Source: Candidatus Omnitrophota bacterium
GTDB taxonomy: Bacteria > Omnitrophota > Gorgyraeia > Gygaellales > Gygaellaceae
Reading direction: 5' to 3'
Assembly: GCA_018400015.1 (NCBI GenBank)
Contig: JAGYNB010000002.1
Coordinates: forward strand, 52,402-116,401
DNA: 64,000 nt
Each line of letters opens with the position of its first letter. Position 1 is the first letter of the stretch. The position numbers were made by a program, and so were the translations under genes. The notes under the pieces are model-generated. The model did no database searches. It saw only the letters and a list, made by a program, of their open reading frames with translations, and was not told the origin of the DNA. Below are positions 9,503-22,448 of the stretch, one piece after another.

Positions 9503-10489
9503 ATGAAAAAAAGAATTTTAAGCGGAATGAGGCCTACGGGCCGGCTGCATATAGGGCATTTAGCGGGAGCACTTGATAATTGGGTTAAGCTACAGGATGA
9601 ATTCAATTGTTTTTTTATGGTTGCTGATTGGCATGCTTTGATGAGTGAGTATGAAAATCCGAAAGAGCTTAAAAAAAACATTCTTGATAATGTCTGTGAT
9701 TGGTTAAGCTGCGGTTTAGATCCTGAAAAGGCAGTTATTTTTGTTCAATCCCACGTAAGCGAACATCTTGATCTGGCAATGATTTTTTCTTGTATTACGC
9801 CTTTGGGTTGGTTGGAGCGCTGCCCTACATATAAGGAGCAAATAAAGGAGCTTAAAGGGAAAGATATCAACAATTATGCCTTTTTAGGTTATCCGGTGTT
9901 ACAGGCAGCGGATATCCTGCTTTATAAAGCAGAAGTTGTTCCTGTAGGCAAAGATCAGCTTCCTCATTTGGAGTTGACCCGGGAAATAGCCAGAAGATTC
10001 AATAATATTTATAAAAAAGAACTTTTTCCTGAGCCAAAGGCACTGTTAACAGAGTCTGCAAAACTCACCGGGCTTGATGGCAGAAAGATGAGTAAAAGTT
10101 ACGATAATACTATTAATCTATCCGATAGTGAGTCTGAAGTTGAAAAAAAAGTTATGCAGATGATAACGGATCCAAAGCGTATTAAGCTATCCGATGCCGG
10201 CAATCCGGATGTATGTAATGTGTTTAGTTATTATAATGTTTTTTGTCCTGAAAGAGAACAAGAAGTAAAAGACCGTTGTATTAACGCAAAAGTCGGTTGC
10301 ACTAAATGTAAAAAACAATTAGCTAGTTGTCTCAGTGATAAATTAGCTCCTATTCAAAAAACAAGAAAAAGAATTCTTCAGGATAAAAGCTATCTTGATA
10401 AAATCTTGAAAGCGGGCTCGGTAAAAGCAAAGGAATCTGCTTCCTCAACAGTAAAACAGACAAAAGAACTACTGCATTTTTATGTATAA
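9503..10489 (+). CDS. trpS: tryptophanyl-tRNA synthetase with C-terminal Cys cluster
   Basis: HIGH-type motif (GHLAGAL), KMSKS present; C-terminal C..C..C-x6-C-x2-C cluster. Confidence 0.85.
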   Translation: MKKRILSGMRPTGRLHIGHLAGALDNWVKLQDEFNCFFMVADWHALMSEYENPKELKKNILDNVCDWLSCGLDPEKAVIFVQSHVSEHLDLAMIFSCITPLGWLERCPTYKEQIKELKGKDINNYAFLGYPVLQAADILLYKAEVVPVGKDQLPHLELTREIARRFNNIYKKELFPEPKALLTESAKLTGLDGRKMSKSYDNTINLSDSESEVEKKVMQMITDPKRIKLSDAGNPDVCNVFSYYNVFCPEREQEVKDRCINAKVGCTKCKKQLASCLSDKLAPIQKTRKRILQDKSYLDKILKAGSVKAKESASSTVKQTKELLHFYV

Positions 10490-11234
10490 AATCAAATTAG
10501 ATATATTCGAAGGCCCTTTAGATCTACTCTTATATCTTGTCAAGAAAGAACACGTCAATATTTGCGATATACCGATTGTTAACATAACCGAGCAGTATCT
10601 TAAATATCTAGAATTGATGAAATTATTGGATTTAAATATTGCCGGAGATTTTTTAGTTATGGCGGCAACGCTTATTAACATTAAATCTAAAATGCTTTTG
10701 CCTCAAGAGAAAAGCGAGGAAGAGCCAGAAGAAGAGGATCCGCGTTCAGAGCTTGTGCAGAGGTTGCTTGAATATCAGAAGTTCAAGGAAGTGGCGAATG
10801 AACTGCGTGACAAAGAAGAGAACCGGCAAAAGGTTTTTGTTAGGCCCCGGGATAAGCAATTGCAGGATCAGCCTCCGGAAGTATATTTTGAAGCAAGTGT
10901 ATTTGATTTAATATCTGCTTTCTCCAAGGCATTAAAGCAGGTGCCTAAAGAGGTGTTTTATCAGGTTATAAAAGATGAATTTACCGTAGAGGAGAAAATA
11001 CATCAGCTTTTGCATATGCTTGTTAAGAAGCCTCAGGTAGGTTTATTCGAATTGTTCAACAGTGCTAAAAGCAAATTGGAAATAGTTGCATATTTCTTGG
11101 CTGTTTTGGAACTTATTCGTTTAAAAGAAATAGTTGTAATGCAGGAGCAGACTTTTGATAACATAGTTTTATTCTTGAATAGGGATAATGTAGCGCCAAT
11201 AGCAAAAGATGAAAGAGAAAGTGCTCAGCAGTAA
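10482..11234 (+). CDS. scpA: segregation and condensation protein A
   Basis: N-terminal FEGPLDLLLYLV motif typical of ScpA. Confidence 0.8.
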   Translation: MYKIKLDIFEGPLDLLLYLVKKEHVNICDIPIVNITEQYLKYLELMKLLDLNIAGDFLVMAATLINIKSKMLLPQEKSEEEPEEEDPRSELVQRLLEYQKFKEVANELRDKEENRQKVFVRPRDKQLQDQPPEVYFEASVFDLISAFSKALKQVPKEVFYQVIKDEFTVEEKIHQLLHMLVKKPQVGLFELFNSAKSKLEIVAYFLAVLELIRLKEIVVMQEQTFDNIVLFLNRDNVAPIAKDERESAQQ

Positions 11235-12240
11235 TAATATTGTTCAGCAGAACGAAACAGAAGAAGATGTAGTTTTTAATCTTTCTATTCGCCCTACTAA
11301 GCTTTCTGAGTTTGTGGGGCAGAAAGAGGTAGTTAATAATTTAAAGGTTGCTTTACAGGCTGCAAAACAAAGAAGCGAGCCTATCGAACATGTGCTATTA
11401 TCCGGTCCTCCGGGATTGGGGAAAACATCTTTAGCACATATTATTGCTCATGAAATGGATTCAAAGATTACCGCTACTTCCGGACCGGCAATTGCCAGGG
11501 CGGGAGATTTAATCGGTGTTTTGACCAATCTGGAAAAAGGCGATATCCTTTTTATTGACGAGATCCATAGGCTCAGCAAGACAGTGGAAGAGTTTTTATA
11601 TCCGGCAATGGAAAATTTCCAGATTGATTTTATTATTGATAAAGGTCCTTATGCCAAGACAATTAAGTTTAACTTAAAGCCTTTCACTTTAGTCGGCGCG
11701 ACAACGCGTTCAGGGCTTTTGGCAGCGCCTTTACGCAGTAGATTCGGTATGTTTTATAATTTGAATTTCTACGATATTGATCAACTTGCTTTGATTGTAA
11801 GGCATTCAGCTGGTAGCCTTTGTGTAAAGATAGACAAAGATGCTTCATTAGAGATCGCCAGGCGTTCTAGAGGCACACCGCGTATTGCTAACAGATTGTT
11901 GCGCAGAGTGAGGGATTACTCTCAGGTGAAGAAAATTGATACGATAGATAAATCAACGGTGATCATTTCTTTAGAAGAGTTAAATATTGATAATGCCGGG
12001 CTTGACGATTTGGATAGAAGAGTTTTAAAGACAATAATAGATATTTATAATGGTGGGCCTGTTGGGATAGAGTCAGTTGCTGCTACTTTAAATGAGGAGA
12101 CCGATACTATAGTTGATACTATAGAGCCTTATCTTTTACAGGCAGGATTTTTAAAACGAACTCCTCGCGGACGGTCAATTACCAAAGCTACTTACGCGCA
12201 TTTCGGTATTAAAAAAGAGAAACAAGAAGAATTATTCTAA
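11209..12240 (+). CDS. ruvB: Holliday junction DNA helicase RuvB
   Basis: Walker A GPPGLGKTSLAHIIA, RuvB winged-helix C-terminus. Confidence 0.9.
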   Translation: MKEKVLSSNNIVQQNETEEDVVFNLSIRPTKLSEFVGQKEVVNNLKVALQAAKQRSEPIEHVLLSGPPGLGKTSLAHIIAHEMDSKITATSGPAIARAGDLIGVLTNLEKGDILFIDEIHRLSKTVEEFLYPAMENFQIDFIIDKGPYAKTIKFNLKPFTLVGATTRSGLLAAPLRSRFGMFYNLNFYDIDQLALIVRHSAGSLCVKIDKDASLEIARRSRGTPRIANRLLRRVRDYSQVKKIDTIDKSTVIISLEELNIDNAGLDDLDRRVLKTIIDIYNGGPVGIESVAATLNEETDTIVDTIEPYLLQAGFLKRTPRGRSITKATYAHFGIKKEKQEELF

Positions 12241-12269
12241 CGACACTTTTATTTTGGTGAAATTTGTTT

Positions 12270-12809
12270 ATGAAATTGTTGCTTCATACCTGTTGTGCCC
12301 CTTGCTTAGTGTATCCTTTAGAAAGATTAAAGGAAAAGTTTTATGTAACCGCATTTTTTTATAATCCAAATATCCACGGTTTTATTGAATATAGAAATAG
12401 ACTAAATTCAGTTAAGGATTTTTCCTTAAAAGAGTCTTTAGATGTTATATGCCCGGATTATCTGCCGGAAGAGTTCTTTGATAACGTTGATACAAAAGTT
12501 ATGCCGCAAAGATGCAGGCTTTGCTGGAGTTTGCGTCTTGAGAAAGCTGCAGTGTTTGCCAGAGAAAATGGGTACGATTATTTTTCCACAACGCTTTTAG
12601 TCAGTCCTTACCAGAGCCAGGAAATTATCAAGGAAGTCGCCCAAGAGATATCAGATAGGCTTAAGGTTAAGTTTTATTATGAAGATTTTCGCTTTGGATT
12701 TAAAAAGAGCCATGATTTTGCAAGGGCAAATAATATGTATATGCAAAAGTATTGCGGTTGTATATTTTCCGAGATGGATAGGTTCAAAAAAAAGAAAAAA
12801 AATGCTTAA
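12270..12809 (+). CDS. queH: epoxyqueuosine reductase QueH (DUF208)
   Basis: LLLHTCCAPC motif characteristic of QueH; adjacent to queA and tgt. Confidence 0.75.
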   Translation: MKLLLHTCCAPCLVYPLERLKEKFYVTAFFYNPNIHGFIEYRNRLNSVKDFSLKESLDVICPDYLPEEFFDNVDTKVMPQRCRLCWSLRLEKAAVFARENGYDYFSTTLLVSPYQSQEIIKEVAQEISDRLKVKFYYEDFRFGFKKSHDFARANNMYMQKYCGCIFSEMDRFKKKKKNA

Positions 12810-13017
12810 CTTCGCAAAGATTATAATTATTTCAGGCATAGTTATCACTTTAATCGGGTTAATATTGTTATTTTTAGGTAAATTTTTTAATCTTGGCAAG
12901 TTGCCTGGAGATTTATTATTAAGAAAAGGCAATTTTACTTTTTATTTTCCTCTTACTACCTGTTTAATCGTAAGTTTAGTTTTATCAGCCATTTTTTGGT
13001 TATGGATAAAAAGATGA
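12802..13017 (+). CDS. small membrane protein, DUF2905-like
   Basis: Two TM helices and an LPGDLLLRKGNF motif; probable start MLNFAKI, internal to the tracked ORF 12679..13017. Confidence 0.5.
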   Translation: MLNFAKIIIISGIVITLIGLILLFLGKFFNLGKLPGDLLLRKGNFTFYFPLTTCLIVSLVLSAIFWLWIKR

Positions 13018-14158
13018 ATTTAATATTTAAGTTGTTTATTTGTTTATTTTTAGCTAGCTCGGTAGTTTTGATTAACCAAAGTGTCGTTTTTGCTCAAAAT
13101 CAGACTATCCGCGTAATGATACAGGATGATGTTGAAAGCTTTTCTTTTGTAGTGAGAAAAAATTATAAGTTATATGATGTAAGGAATAATAGACTTATAA
13201 AAGAATCAAAAAGTTATTTTAAAGATGAAGTAAGCGTAGTAAATGAGAATACAATCAAGATGGGCAAAAGTATTTTTAAATTAAGTCAAATTAAGGTAGA
13301 TTGTTCCGCTGAAGGGCAGTTTTTTCTGAATAAAAGAAGGTACAAGGGGGATTTAAATATAATTTTAAAAGAAAATGCTAAATTTGCCCTTGTTAATGTA
13401 GTTGATTTGGAAGATTATTTAAAAAGCGTTGTTCCTTCGGAAATCCCTTGGTACTGGCCTTATGAAGTATTAAAGGCGCAGGCGGTTATTGCCAGGACGT
13501 TTGCGGTATATAAAATAGGTCAAAATGCAAAGAATATTTTTGATGTTACCGCAGATACCTATTCTCAAGTGTATGGTGGTGATACCTCGCGTAGGTTCCG
13601 CGCGAGCATTGCTGTAGAAAAAACCGATGGTCTTGTTTTAAAATGTAATGGGAAAATATTCCCGGCTTTTTTCCATGCTACTTGCGGCGGGTATACTGAA
13701 AATCCTGAAAATCTCTGGGGGCCATCGGTAGATTGTATAAAAAGCGTTAAGTGCGGTTATTGTAAAACCTCTCCTCATTATAAATGGCTGAAGAGTTTAA
13801 CAGCTGATGAGATTACCGGACTTCTGCAGAAAAAAGGCATCAATGTAAAAGGTATAAAAAATATAAAGATTATTAAGCTTAATAGCAGTAACAGAGTGGA
13901 AAAATTATTGTTCGATTGTTCTGACGGGCAAAAGTCAATAAATGGAAAAGATTTCAGAAATGCACTTGGTGCTAATATCATAAAAAGTCTAAATTTCACG
14001 ATAACAAAGGATGCGTCCGGATTTAATTTTGATGGTTTAGGCTGGGGGCATGGGGTGGGGTTTTGTCAATGGGGCGGTTATTTTATGGCCCGTTCTGGAA
14101 AAGATTTTAAAGAAATTCTAACTTATTATTATCCTTCTAGTTTAATCGAATATTTAAA

Positions 14159-14162
<4 letters not shown>
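12996..14162 (+). CDS. SpoIID/LytB-domain protein (secreted)
   Basis: Signal/TM N-terminus and the SpoIID core motif AQAVIARTFAVYK. Confidence 0.75.
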
Positions 14163-16259
<2,097 letters not shown>

Positions 16260-16267
16260 GCAAACAA

Positions 16268-16981
16268 ATGCGCATAGATATTGTTACGATTTTTCCTGAT
16301 ATGTTTAAAGCTGTATTGGATGAATCCATAATCAAAAGGGCCCAGAACAAGAAAAAGGTTAAGATATATGTTCATAATCTGCGCGATTATACTCAGGATA
16401 AACATAAGAAAGTAGACGACCGTCCTTTTGGCGGAGGCCCGGGTATGGTCATGAATGCACAGCCTTTTTTCGATGCCGTAGAATCAATTAAGAAAAAAAC
16501 ACGTTTTAAGAAAAATCTTACCAGGGTAGTTCTTTTAAGCCCCAAAGGTAGAAAGCTTACTCAGAAAGTAGCAATGAGATATTCTCATTTTAAGCATATT
16601 ATTATGTTATGCGGTCATTATGAGGGAATAGATAATAGAGTAAGCGATTATCTTATTGATGAGGAGGTTTCCATTGGGGATTATGTTTTGACTGGAGGGG
16701 AGCTTCCGGCCATGGTATTATTGGATTCTTTGGTGAGGTTAATACCGGGAGTGCTGGGGGATAAAAAATCCTTGATTTTTGAGAGTTTTCAGGGTAATCT
16801 ATTGGAGTATCCGCAGTATACACGCCCAGCAAATTACGCAGGTATGAAGGTGCCTTCCGTTTTGCTGTCAGGAAAACACAATGATATAGAATCTTGGCGT
16901 AAGAAAAAGTCTTTAGAGGCTACAAGGAAAAAAAGACCGGATCTATTAAAAAATAAATATTTTTTAAGGAGAGAAAAATGA
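16268..16981 (+). CDS. trmD: tRNA (guanine37-N1)-methyltransferase
   Basis: [13 protein letters not shown] and GGGPGMVM motifs. Confidence 0.9.
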   Translation: MRIDIVTIFPDMFKAVLDESIIKRAQNKKKVKIYVHNLRDYTQDKHKKVDDRPFGGGPGMVMNAQPFFDAVESIKKKTRFKKNLTRVVLLSPKGRKLTQKVAMRYSHFKHIIMLCGHYEGIDNRVSDYLIDEEVSIGDYVLTGGELPAMVLLDSLVRLIPGVLGDKKSLIFESFQGNLLEYPQYTRPANYAGMKVPSVLLSGKHNDIESWRKKKSLEATRKKRPDLLKNKYFLRREK

Positions 16982-17319
16982 ATAAAATCAGAAAATTAGA
17001 ATCAACTTTTCTAAAAAAGGATATGCCTGAATTTGGTATCGGAGATGAAGTTAAAGTGTTGGTGAAGATTCCCGAAGGAGACAAGATAAGATTGCATCCT
17101 TTTGAAGGCACTGTGATTGCCAGAAAAGGTGCAGGGATTAATGAGATCTTTACCGTGAGAAAGATATCTTTTGGTGAGGGTATTGAAAGGGTTTTTCCTA
17201 TACATTCACCAAGCGTGGATTCTATTAAGGTGGTACATAAAGCCGTAAAGGTTCGCCGAGCGAAGTTGTATTATTTAAGAGATAAAAAAGGCAAGAAAGC
17301 AAAGATAAAGCAAATTTAA
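16978..17319 (+). CDS. rplS: 50S ribosomal protein L19
   Basis: L19 family sequence; conserved trmD-rplS synteny. Confidence 0.9.
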   Translation: MNKIRKLESTFLKKDMPEFGIGDEVKVLVKIPEGDKIRLHPFEGTVIARKGAGINEIFTVRKISFGEGIERVFPIHSPSVDSIKVVHKAVKVRRAKLYYLRDKKGKKAKIKQI

Positions 17320-17324
17320 TTTTT

Positions 17325-17906
17325 ATGCTTTATTATGAAAAGAAAGCCAAGAAAGATGGTTTTCGTATTGTTGCAGGCATAGATGAAGCAGGCAGAGGCC
17401 CTTTGGCTGGACCTGTTGTTGCAGCAGCTGCAGTATTAAAAAACCTCCATTTTAAAACAAGAATAGACGATTCTAAAAAACTTTCCTCCGCACAGAGGGA
17501 AAAGGCTTTTTCAGAGATTTATGAAAATTGTTTTATTGGTGTAGGTATAGTAAACGAATTACTAATTGACATAATTAATATTCGTAGAGCCACTTTTTTA
17601 GCTTGTGAATTGGCAGTTAATGATCTTCATTTAAAGCCGGACTATCTACTTTTAGACGGAGCGATTAATCTGCGATTGAATATTCCAGAGAAGACTATTA
17701 TTGCTGGAGATTCTAAAAGCATATCTATTGCTTGTGCTTCAATTGTTGCTAAGGTTACCCGCGATAGGATCATGCATATATACGATCATATCTATCCAAA
17801 ATACGGCTTTGCCAGACATAAAGGATATGCCACTAGTTTTCATGTAGGCATGCTTAAAAAATTCGACGCTTGTCCTATTCATAGAAGAAGTTTTTCATAT
17901 ACTTAA
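17325..17906 (+). CDS. rnhB: ribonuclease HII
   Basis: VAGIDEAGRGPLAGPVV catalytic motif. Confidence 0.9.
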   Translation: MLYYEKKAKKDGFRIVAGIDEAGRGPLAGPVVAAAAVLKNLHFKTRIDDSKKLSSAQREKAFSEIYENCFIGVGIVNELLIDIINIRRATFLACELAVNDLHLKPDYLLLDGAINLRLNIPEKTIIAGDSKSISIACASIVAKVTRDRIMHIYDHIYPKYGFARHKGYATSFHVGMLKKFDACPIHRRSFSYT

Positions 17907-17910
17907 AAAT

Positions 17911-19605
17911 ATGCTTACCAACTTACAGATTGCTAAACAAGCCAAATTAAAACCTATTAGTGTTATTGCCCGTAATATTGGTTTAAGGAATAAAGATATT
18001 ATTCCTTATGCTAATTATGCGGCCAAGGTGGATCTAGATAGCGTAAGGCCGATATTAAGAAAACATAAAGGAAAATATATATTAGTTACCGGGATAAATC
18101 CTACACCGTTTGGTGAAGGGAAAACCGTTACTTCCATCGGTTTATCTATGGCTTTGGCAAAAAAAGGCAATCAAAAATCAATAGCCTGTATTAGACAGCC
18201 TTCCTTGGGGCCGATTTTTGGTATTAAAGGTGCTGGTACAGGAGGAGGGTTTTCGCAGGTTGTGCCTAGGGAAGACTTGAATCTGCATTTTACCGGAGAC
18301 CTTCATGCAGTGGGCGTTGCCCATAATCTATGCGCAGCTTTTCTGGATAATCATATCTATAGGGGAAACGCTTTAGATATTGATGCAAGAAATATATTTC
18401 TAAGAAGGGTAATTGATATTAATGATAGGGCCTTGCGCAACATCAAGATCTCCGTAGGATTAAAAAATAATAGTTTAGCGAGAATTAGCGGTTTTGACAT
18501 GACAACCAGTTCGGAAGTGATGTCGATCCTGTCGTTATGCAAAAGTTTTAAGGATTTAAGGAAACGTTTAGGAAGAATGACCTTGGCTTTATCACATAAG
18601 AAGACTCTGATTACCGCAGACGATCTTAAGGTGTCTGGGGCAATGGCAGTTTTGTTAAAAGATACTATAAAACCTAATCTGGTGCAGACTGTTGAGAATA
18701 CGCCGTGTTTTATGCATACCGGTCCTTTTGCAAATATATCACACGGGAATACCTCTATTTTAGCTGATAAATTGGCGCTAAACTTGAGCGAATTCGTAGT
18801 GACTGAATCAGGTTTTGGCACTGACTGCGGAGCAGAAAAGTTTTTTGATATTAAATCACGCATCTCAGGCGATATTCCGGATTGTGTCGTTTTGGTTTGT
18901 TCGGTGAGGGCAATAAAAATGCACAGTAATAAAATTGCTGTTTATCCGGGAAGGCCATTGGATAAAAGACTATATCAAGAGAATTTGGGGCTTCTAAAAA
19001 AAGGTATTTGTAATTTAAAGAGGCATATTGAAAATATTAGGCTTTTTGGTTTGTCTTGTGTTGTAGCAATCAATAGATTCGATAGCGATACAGATGAAGA
19101 AATAGATTTCTTAATAAAATCATCTTTAGAGTTTGGCGCAGATTTTGCCGCAGAAAATAGATGTTTTTCGAAGGGGTCAGAAGGTGCTTTGGAATTAGCA
19201 GGTTGTGTTATAAAAGCAAGCAATAAGAGTAAGAATTTCCGTTATTTGTATGATTTGGATATGTCAATTAGGGAAAAGATATCCATTATCGCAAAAAAAA
19301 TCTATGGTGCCAGAAGTGTTAGGTTTTCTCGCTTTACAGAAGAAAAAATAAGGTTGTTTAATCGCTTGAAATTTGATAAACTACCCGTGTGTATAGCTAA
19401 AACTCATTTATCGCTGTCGCATGATTCTTTACGTAAAGGGGCGCCGACAGATTTTGTTATACCGATAAATGATTTAAGGCTTCAAAGCGGAGCTGGTTTT
19501 TTATATGCTTTAGCCGGCAAGATAAACACGATGCCGGGATTGCCCACAAGACCCATAGGTGAATTGATGGATATCGATTCAAAAGGGAACCCAAAAGGTT
19601 TTTAG
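17911..19605 (+). CDS. fhs: formate--tetrahydrofolate ligase
   Basis: GINPTPFGEGKTVTSIGL P-loop and full-length FTHFS similarity. Confidence 0.9.
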   Translation: MLTNLQIAKQAKLKPISVIARNIGLRNKDIIPYANYAAKVDLDSVRPILRKHKGKYILVTGINPTPFGEGKTVTSIGLSMALAKKGNQKSIACIRQPSLGPIFGIKGAGTGGGFSQVVPREDLNLHFTGDLHAVGVAHNLCAAFLDNHIYRGNALDIDARNIFLRRVIDINDRALRNIKISVGLKNNSLARISGFDMTTSSEVMSILSLCKSFKDLRKRLGRMTLALSHKKTLITADDLKVSGAMAVLLKDTIKPNLVQTVENTPCFMHTGPFANISHGNTSILADKLALNLSEFVVTESGFGTDCGAEKFFDIKSRISGDIPDCVVLVCSVRAIKMHSNKIAVYPGRPLDKRLYQENLGLLKKGICNLKRHIENIRLFGLSCVVAINRFDSDTDEEIDFLIKSSLEFGADFAAENRCFSKGSEGALELAGCVIKASNKSKNFRYLYDLDMSIREKISIIAKKIYGARSVRFSRFTEEKIRLFNRLKFDKLPVCIAKTHLSLSHDSLRKGAPTDFVIPINDLRLQSGAGFLYALAGKINTMPGLPTRPIGELMDIDSKGNPKGF

Positions 19606-19606
19606 A

Positions 19607-20095
19607 ATGTATATAGAGAAAAGTATAAAAAAATATATTGAAGATTTATCTTCCCGTAAATCCACACCCGGTGGCGGTTCTGCCGCTGCCTTGACCGCGT
19701 GTTTGGGGGTTTGTTGTATGTGTATGGCCGCTCGTTTTAGTATTGGCAAAGGGAAAAACAAGGGTTTTGAAAGAAAAATAAAATCGATAATAAGCAAACT
19801 TGAAAAAATAAGGAATAGACTCAAGAGATTGGTTGATTTGGATATCGTAGCATATAATAAATACTCCCGGTCGCGCAGTAAACCTTTAGAGGTAAGACAG
19901 TTACTGTTAGAAAAAGCTGCAGCAGTACCAAAAGAGGTTTGTCAATTATGCTATGAGGCTTTGCTTTTGGCTCCAGAATTGGCAGAAAAAGGCAATTTTA
20001 ACCTTATCGCCGATGTGGAAGTCGGTGTTGAGTTGTTGGAGGCCGCTTTTAAATCTGCACTTATAAACGTAAGAATAAATAATGAAACTGCTTGA
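19607..20095 (+). CDS. fchA: cyclodeaminase/cyclohydrolase-family protein (methenyl-THF cyclohydrolase FchA-like)
   Basis: FTCD_C-like TPGGGSAAALTA motif; lies between fhs and folD. Confidence 0.7.
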   Translation: MYIEKSIKKYIEDLSSRKSTPGGGSAAALTACLGVCCMCMAARFSIGKGKNKGFERKIKSIISKLEKIRNRLKRLVDLDIVAYNKYSRSRSKPLEVRQLLLEKAAAVPKEVCQLCYEALLLAPELAEKGNFNLIADVEVGVELLEAAFKSALINVRINNETA

Positions 20096-20918
20096 AGGTA
20101 AGACTATAGCTGAAGAGATTAAAGCATCCTTAAAAAAGGATATCAATAATTTTAATCAGCAGCCTGTTTTAGCCAGCGTAAGATTGGGAGATAATTCTTC
20201 TGTGGAAAGCTATGTAAGAGCCCAGCAAAAATGCGCTCAGGAATTAGGGATTGATTATAAGTTAAAATCTCTGTCTACTCAGACTACACAAGAACAGTTA
20301 ATAGAATCTATCATTGAGTTTAATAGAAACAAAAATATAAACGGTATTATTATACAATTGCCTTTGCCGGAACATATCGATGTAAGAGGTATTTATTTAG
20401 CCGTTTCGCCGGGAAAAGATGTGGAGTCTATGCATCCTGAGAATTTAGGAAAGCTTTTTTTCCCGCAAGAGACAATCGCTCCCTGTACGGCAACCGCAGT
20501 AATGGAATTATTAAAATCTATTAATTTTAAGCTTTACGGGAAAGAGGTTGTTGTAGTTGGCCACAGTATGATCTTAGGGAAGCCTTTGTCGATAATGCTG
20601 TTAAATAATTATGCTACAACTACCGTTTGTCATATTGCAACATATAAGGCAGAGCATTTAATAGAGCACATAAAACAGGCTGATGTTTTAGTCGTTGCCG
20701 TGGGGAAAGCAAATTTTATAAAACAGGATTGGGTAAAAAAAGATGCGGTAGTTATTGATGTAGGGATAAATAGTCTAAATGGTAAAATAACCGGAGACGT
20801 GGATTTCGAAAGTGTCAGCAAGAAAGCGAGTTTTATCACTCCTGTTCCAGGAGGAGTAGGACCTTTGACTTCGGCGATATTAATGCGTAATTTAGTTAGA
20901 TTAGCGAAAAGAAAATGA
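20082..20918 (+). CDS. folD: bifunctional methylene-THF dehydrogenase/methenyl-THF cyclohydrolase
   Basis: FolD family, C-terminal PVPGGVGPLT. Confidence 0.9.
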   Translation: MKLLEGKTIAEEIKASLKKDINNFNQQPVLASVRLGDNSSVESYVRAQQKCAQELGIDYKLKSLSTQTTQEQLIESIIEFNRNKNINGIIIQLPLPEHIDVRGIYLAVSPGKDVESMHPENLGKLFFPQETIAPCTATAVMELLKSINFKLYGKEVVVVGHSMILGKPLSIMLLNNYATTTVCHIATYKAEHLIEHIKQADVLVVAVGKANFIKQDWVKKDAVVIDVGINSLNGKITGDVDFESVSKKASFITPVPGGVGPLTSAILMRNLVRLAKRK

Positions 20919-21574
20919 TAGTTACAAAACAAAAAAGTTTTCAAGATATAATGGAAGCGCTAAAAAATAAAACCAATATATTTATTATTGGTTGTGGGGA
21001 ATGTGCTACGACTTGTAAAACTGGTGGAGAAGATGAGGTTAAACTTCTCTGTGCAGAGTTATCTAAAAACAACAAGAACATAACCGGTTTTGTTATTCCT
21101 AAAGCTCCTTGTGTTGTCAGCCAGACAAAAAGAGACTTGTCAAAGTTTCGCGCGGAGTTGGAAAGATCAGACTGCATTTTAGTTATGGCATGTGGTTTGG
21201 GTGTTCAGGCTGTTATACAAAGCAAGCGTTTTAACTCAAAAGTTGTCAGCGGTTGCGATACGTTGTTTGCCGGTTCGATGACTTCATTGGGTGAGTTCTT
21301 TGAATTTTGTTCTTCGTGCGGAGAGTGTTTATTAAATATTACCGGTGGTCTTTGTCCCGTAACGCGGTGTCCAAAATCATTATTAAACGGCCCCTGCGGC
21401 GGTGCAAAAGACGGAAAATGTGAAGTAGATAGAACCAAGGATTGCGTATGGATATTGATTTATGAGCGTCTTAAAGAGTTGGGAGAACTTGATAATATCA
21501 AGTCCATAGTCAAGGCAAAAAATCATCGTAAGAATTTACGACCGGGAGTAAGGTCTTTAAAAAAAGAAAATTAA
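20915..21574 (+). CDS. metV: methylene-THF reductase C-terminal-domain protein (MetV-like, Cys-rich)
   Basis: Several CxxC pairs (IGCGECATTC, CSSCGEC, CPVTRCP); sits immediately 5' of metF as in acetogens. Confidence 0.65.
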   Translation: MIVTKQKSFQDIMEALKNKTNIFIIGCGECATTCKTGGEDEVKLLCAELSKNNKNITGFVIPKAPCVVSQTKRDLSKFRAELERSDCILVMACGLGVQAVIQSKRFNSKVVSGCDTLFAGSMTSLGEFFEFCSSCGECLLNITGGLCPVTRCPKSLLNGPCGGAKDGKCEVDRTKDCVWILIYERLKELGELDNIKSIVKAKNHRKNLRPGVRSLKKEN

Positions 21575-21576
21575 TT

Positions 21577-22446
21577 ATGAGTAAATTAGAAGCAGCTTTT
21601 AAAAACAATAAATTTGCAATTACAAGTGAAATCGGTCCGCCCAAGGGTGTTTCTTTTGAACAGATTTTAAAGGAAAATATTTCTTTAAGAGAAAGAGTGG
21701 ATGCGATTAATGTTACTGATTTGCAGAGTTCTGTTATGCGTTTGGGTTCATTGGCATTTTCTAAGATTTTATTGGATAATGGCATAGAACCGGTTTTTCA
21801 GCTTACCTGTAGAGATAGAAATAGGCTTGCTTTGCAGTCAGATCTTCTGAGCGCGGCAGTTTTAGGCATTGAAAACGTTCTCTTATTGACCGGAGATCAC
21901 CCTGTTTTGGGTGACCATCCAGAGGCAAAACCTGTATATGATTTAGACAGCGTACAACTTTTAGATTGTGCGAAAGGCCTTATAAATGGAGTTGATCTTT
22001 GCGGTAATAAACTTACCGGTAGTCCCAAATTATTTTTAGGCGCAGTTGTCAACCCGGGTGTAGAGACAATAGACCTGGAATTATTAAAGATGGAAAAAAA
22101 GGTAAAAGCAGGGGCGCAGTTTTTTCAGACTCAGGCAGTTTATGATTTATCCAGTTTTGAAAGGTTTATGAAAAAAGCAATTACTTTTGGTGTTCCGATA
22201 ATGGCAGGTATAGTACTTTTGAAATCTGCCAATATGGCCAGATACTTGAACGATAATGTTGCCGGTATAAATGTACCGGATGGATTGATTAAACGCATGC
22301 AAGATTCAAAGGATAAAGTCAAAACGTCAATTGGAATTGCTTCAAGCTTGATAAAGGAGCTGAAGGGCAATTGCCAGGGCGTACATATTATGCCTATCGG
22401 TTGGGATAAACACGTAGTAGCAGTTTTAGATCAGGCCGGTTTATAA
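21577..22446 (+). CDS. metF: 5,10-methylenetetrahydrofolate reductase
   Basis: MTHFR TIM-barrel similarity (LTCRDRNR, FFQTQAVYD motifs). Confidence 0.8.
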   Translation: MSKLEAAFKNNKFAITSEIGPPKGVSFEQILKENISLRERVDAINVTDLQSSVMRLGSLAFSKILLDNGIEPVFQLTCRDRNRLALQSDLLSAAVLGIENVLLLTGDHPVLGDHPEAKPVYDLDSVQLLDCAKGLINGVDLCGNKLTGSPKLFLGAVVNPGVETIDLELLKMEKKVKAGAQFFQTQAVYDLSSFERFMKKAITFGVPIMAGIVLLKSANMARYLNDNVAGINVPDGLIKRMQDSKDKVKTSIGIASSLIKELKGNCQGVHIMPIGWDKHVVAVLDQAGL

Positions 22447-22448
22447 TT

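Noticed and set aside
12679-13017. Long form (112 aa) of the small membrane ORF overlapping the queH 3' end
   Set aside because: The N-terminal 41 aa overlap queH in another frame; the conserved DUF2905-like part starts at the internal Met (12802), which is the more parsimonious start.
18357-18863. 168-aa minus-strand ORF inside fhs
   Set aside because: Fully internal to the highly conserved formate-THF ligase gene; antisense artefact.
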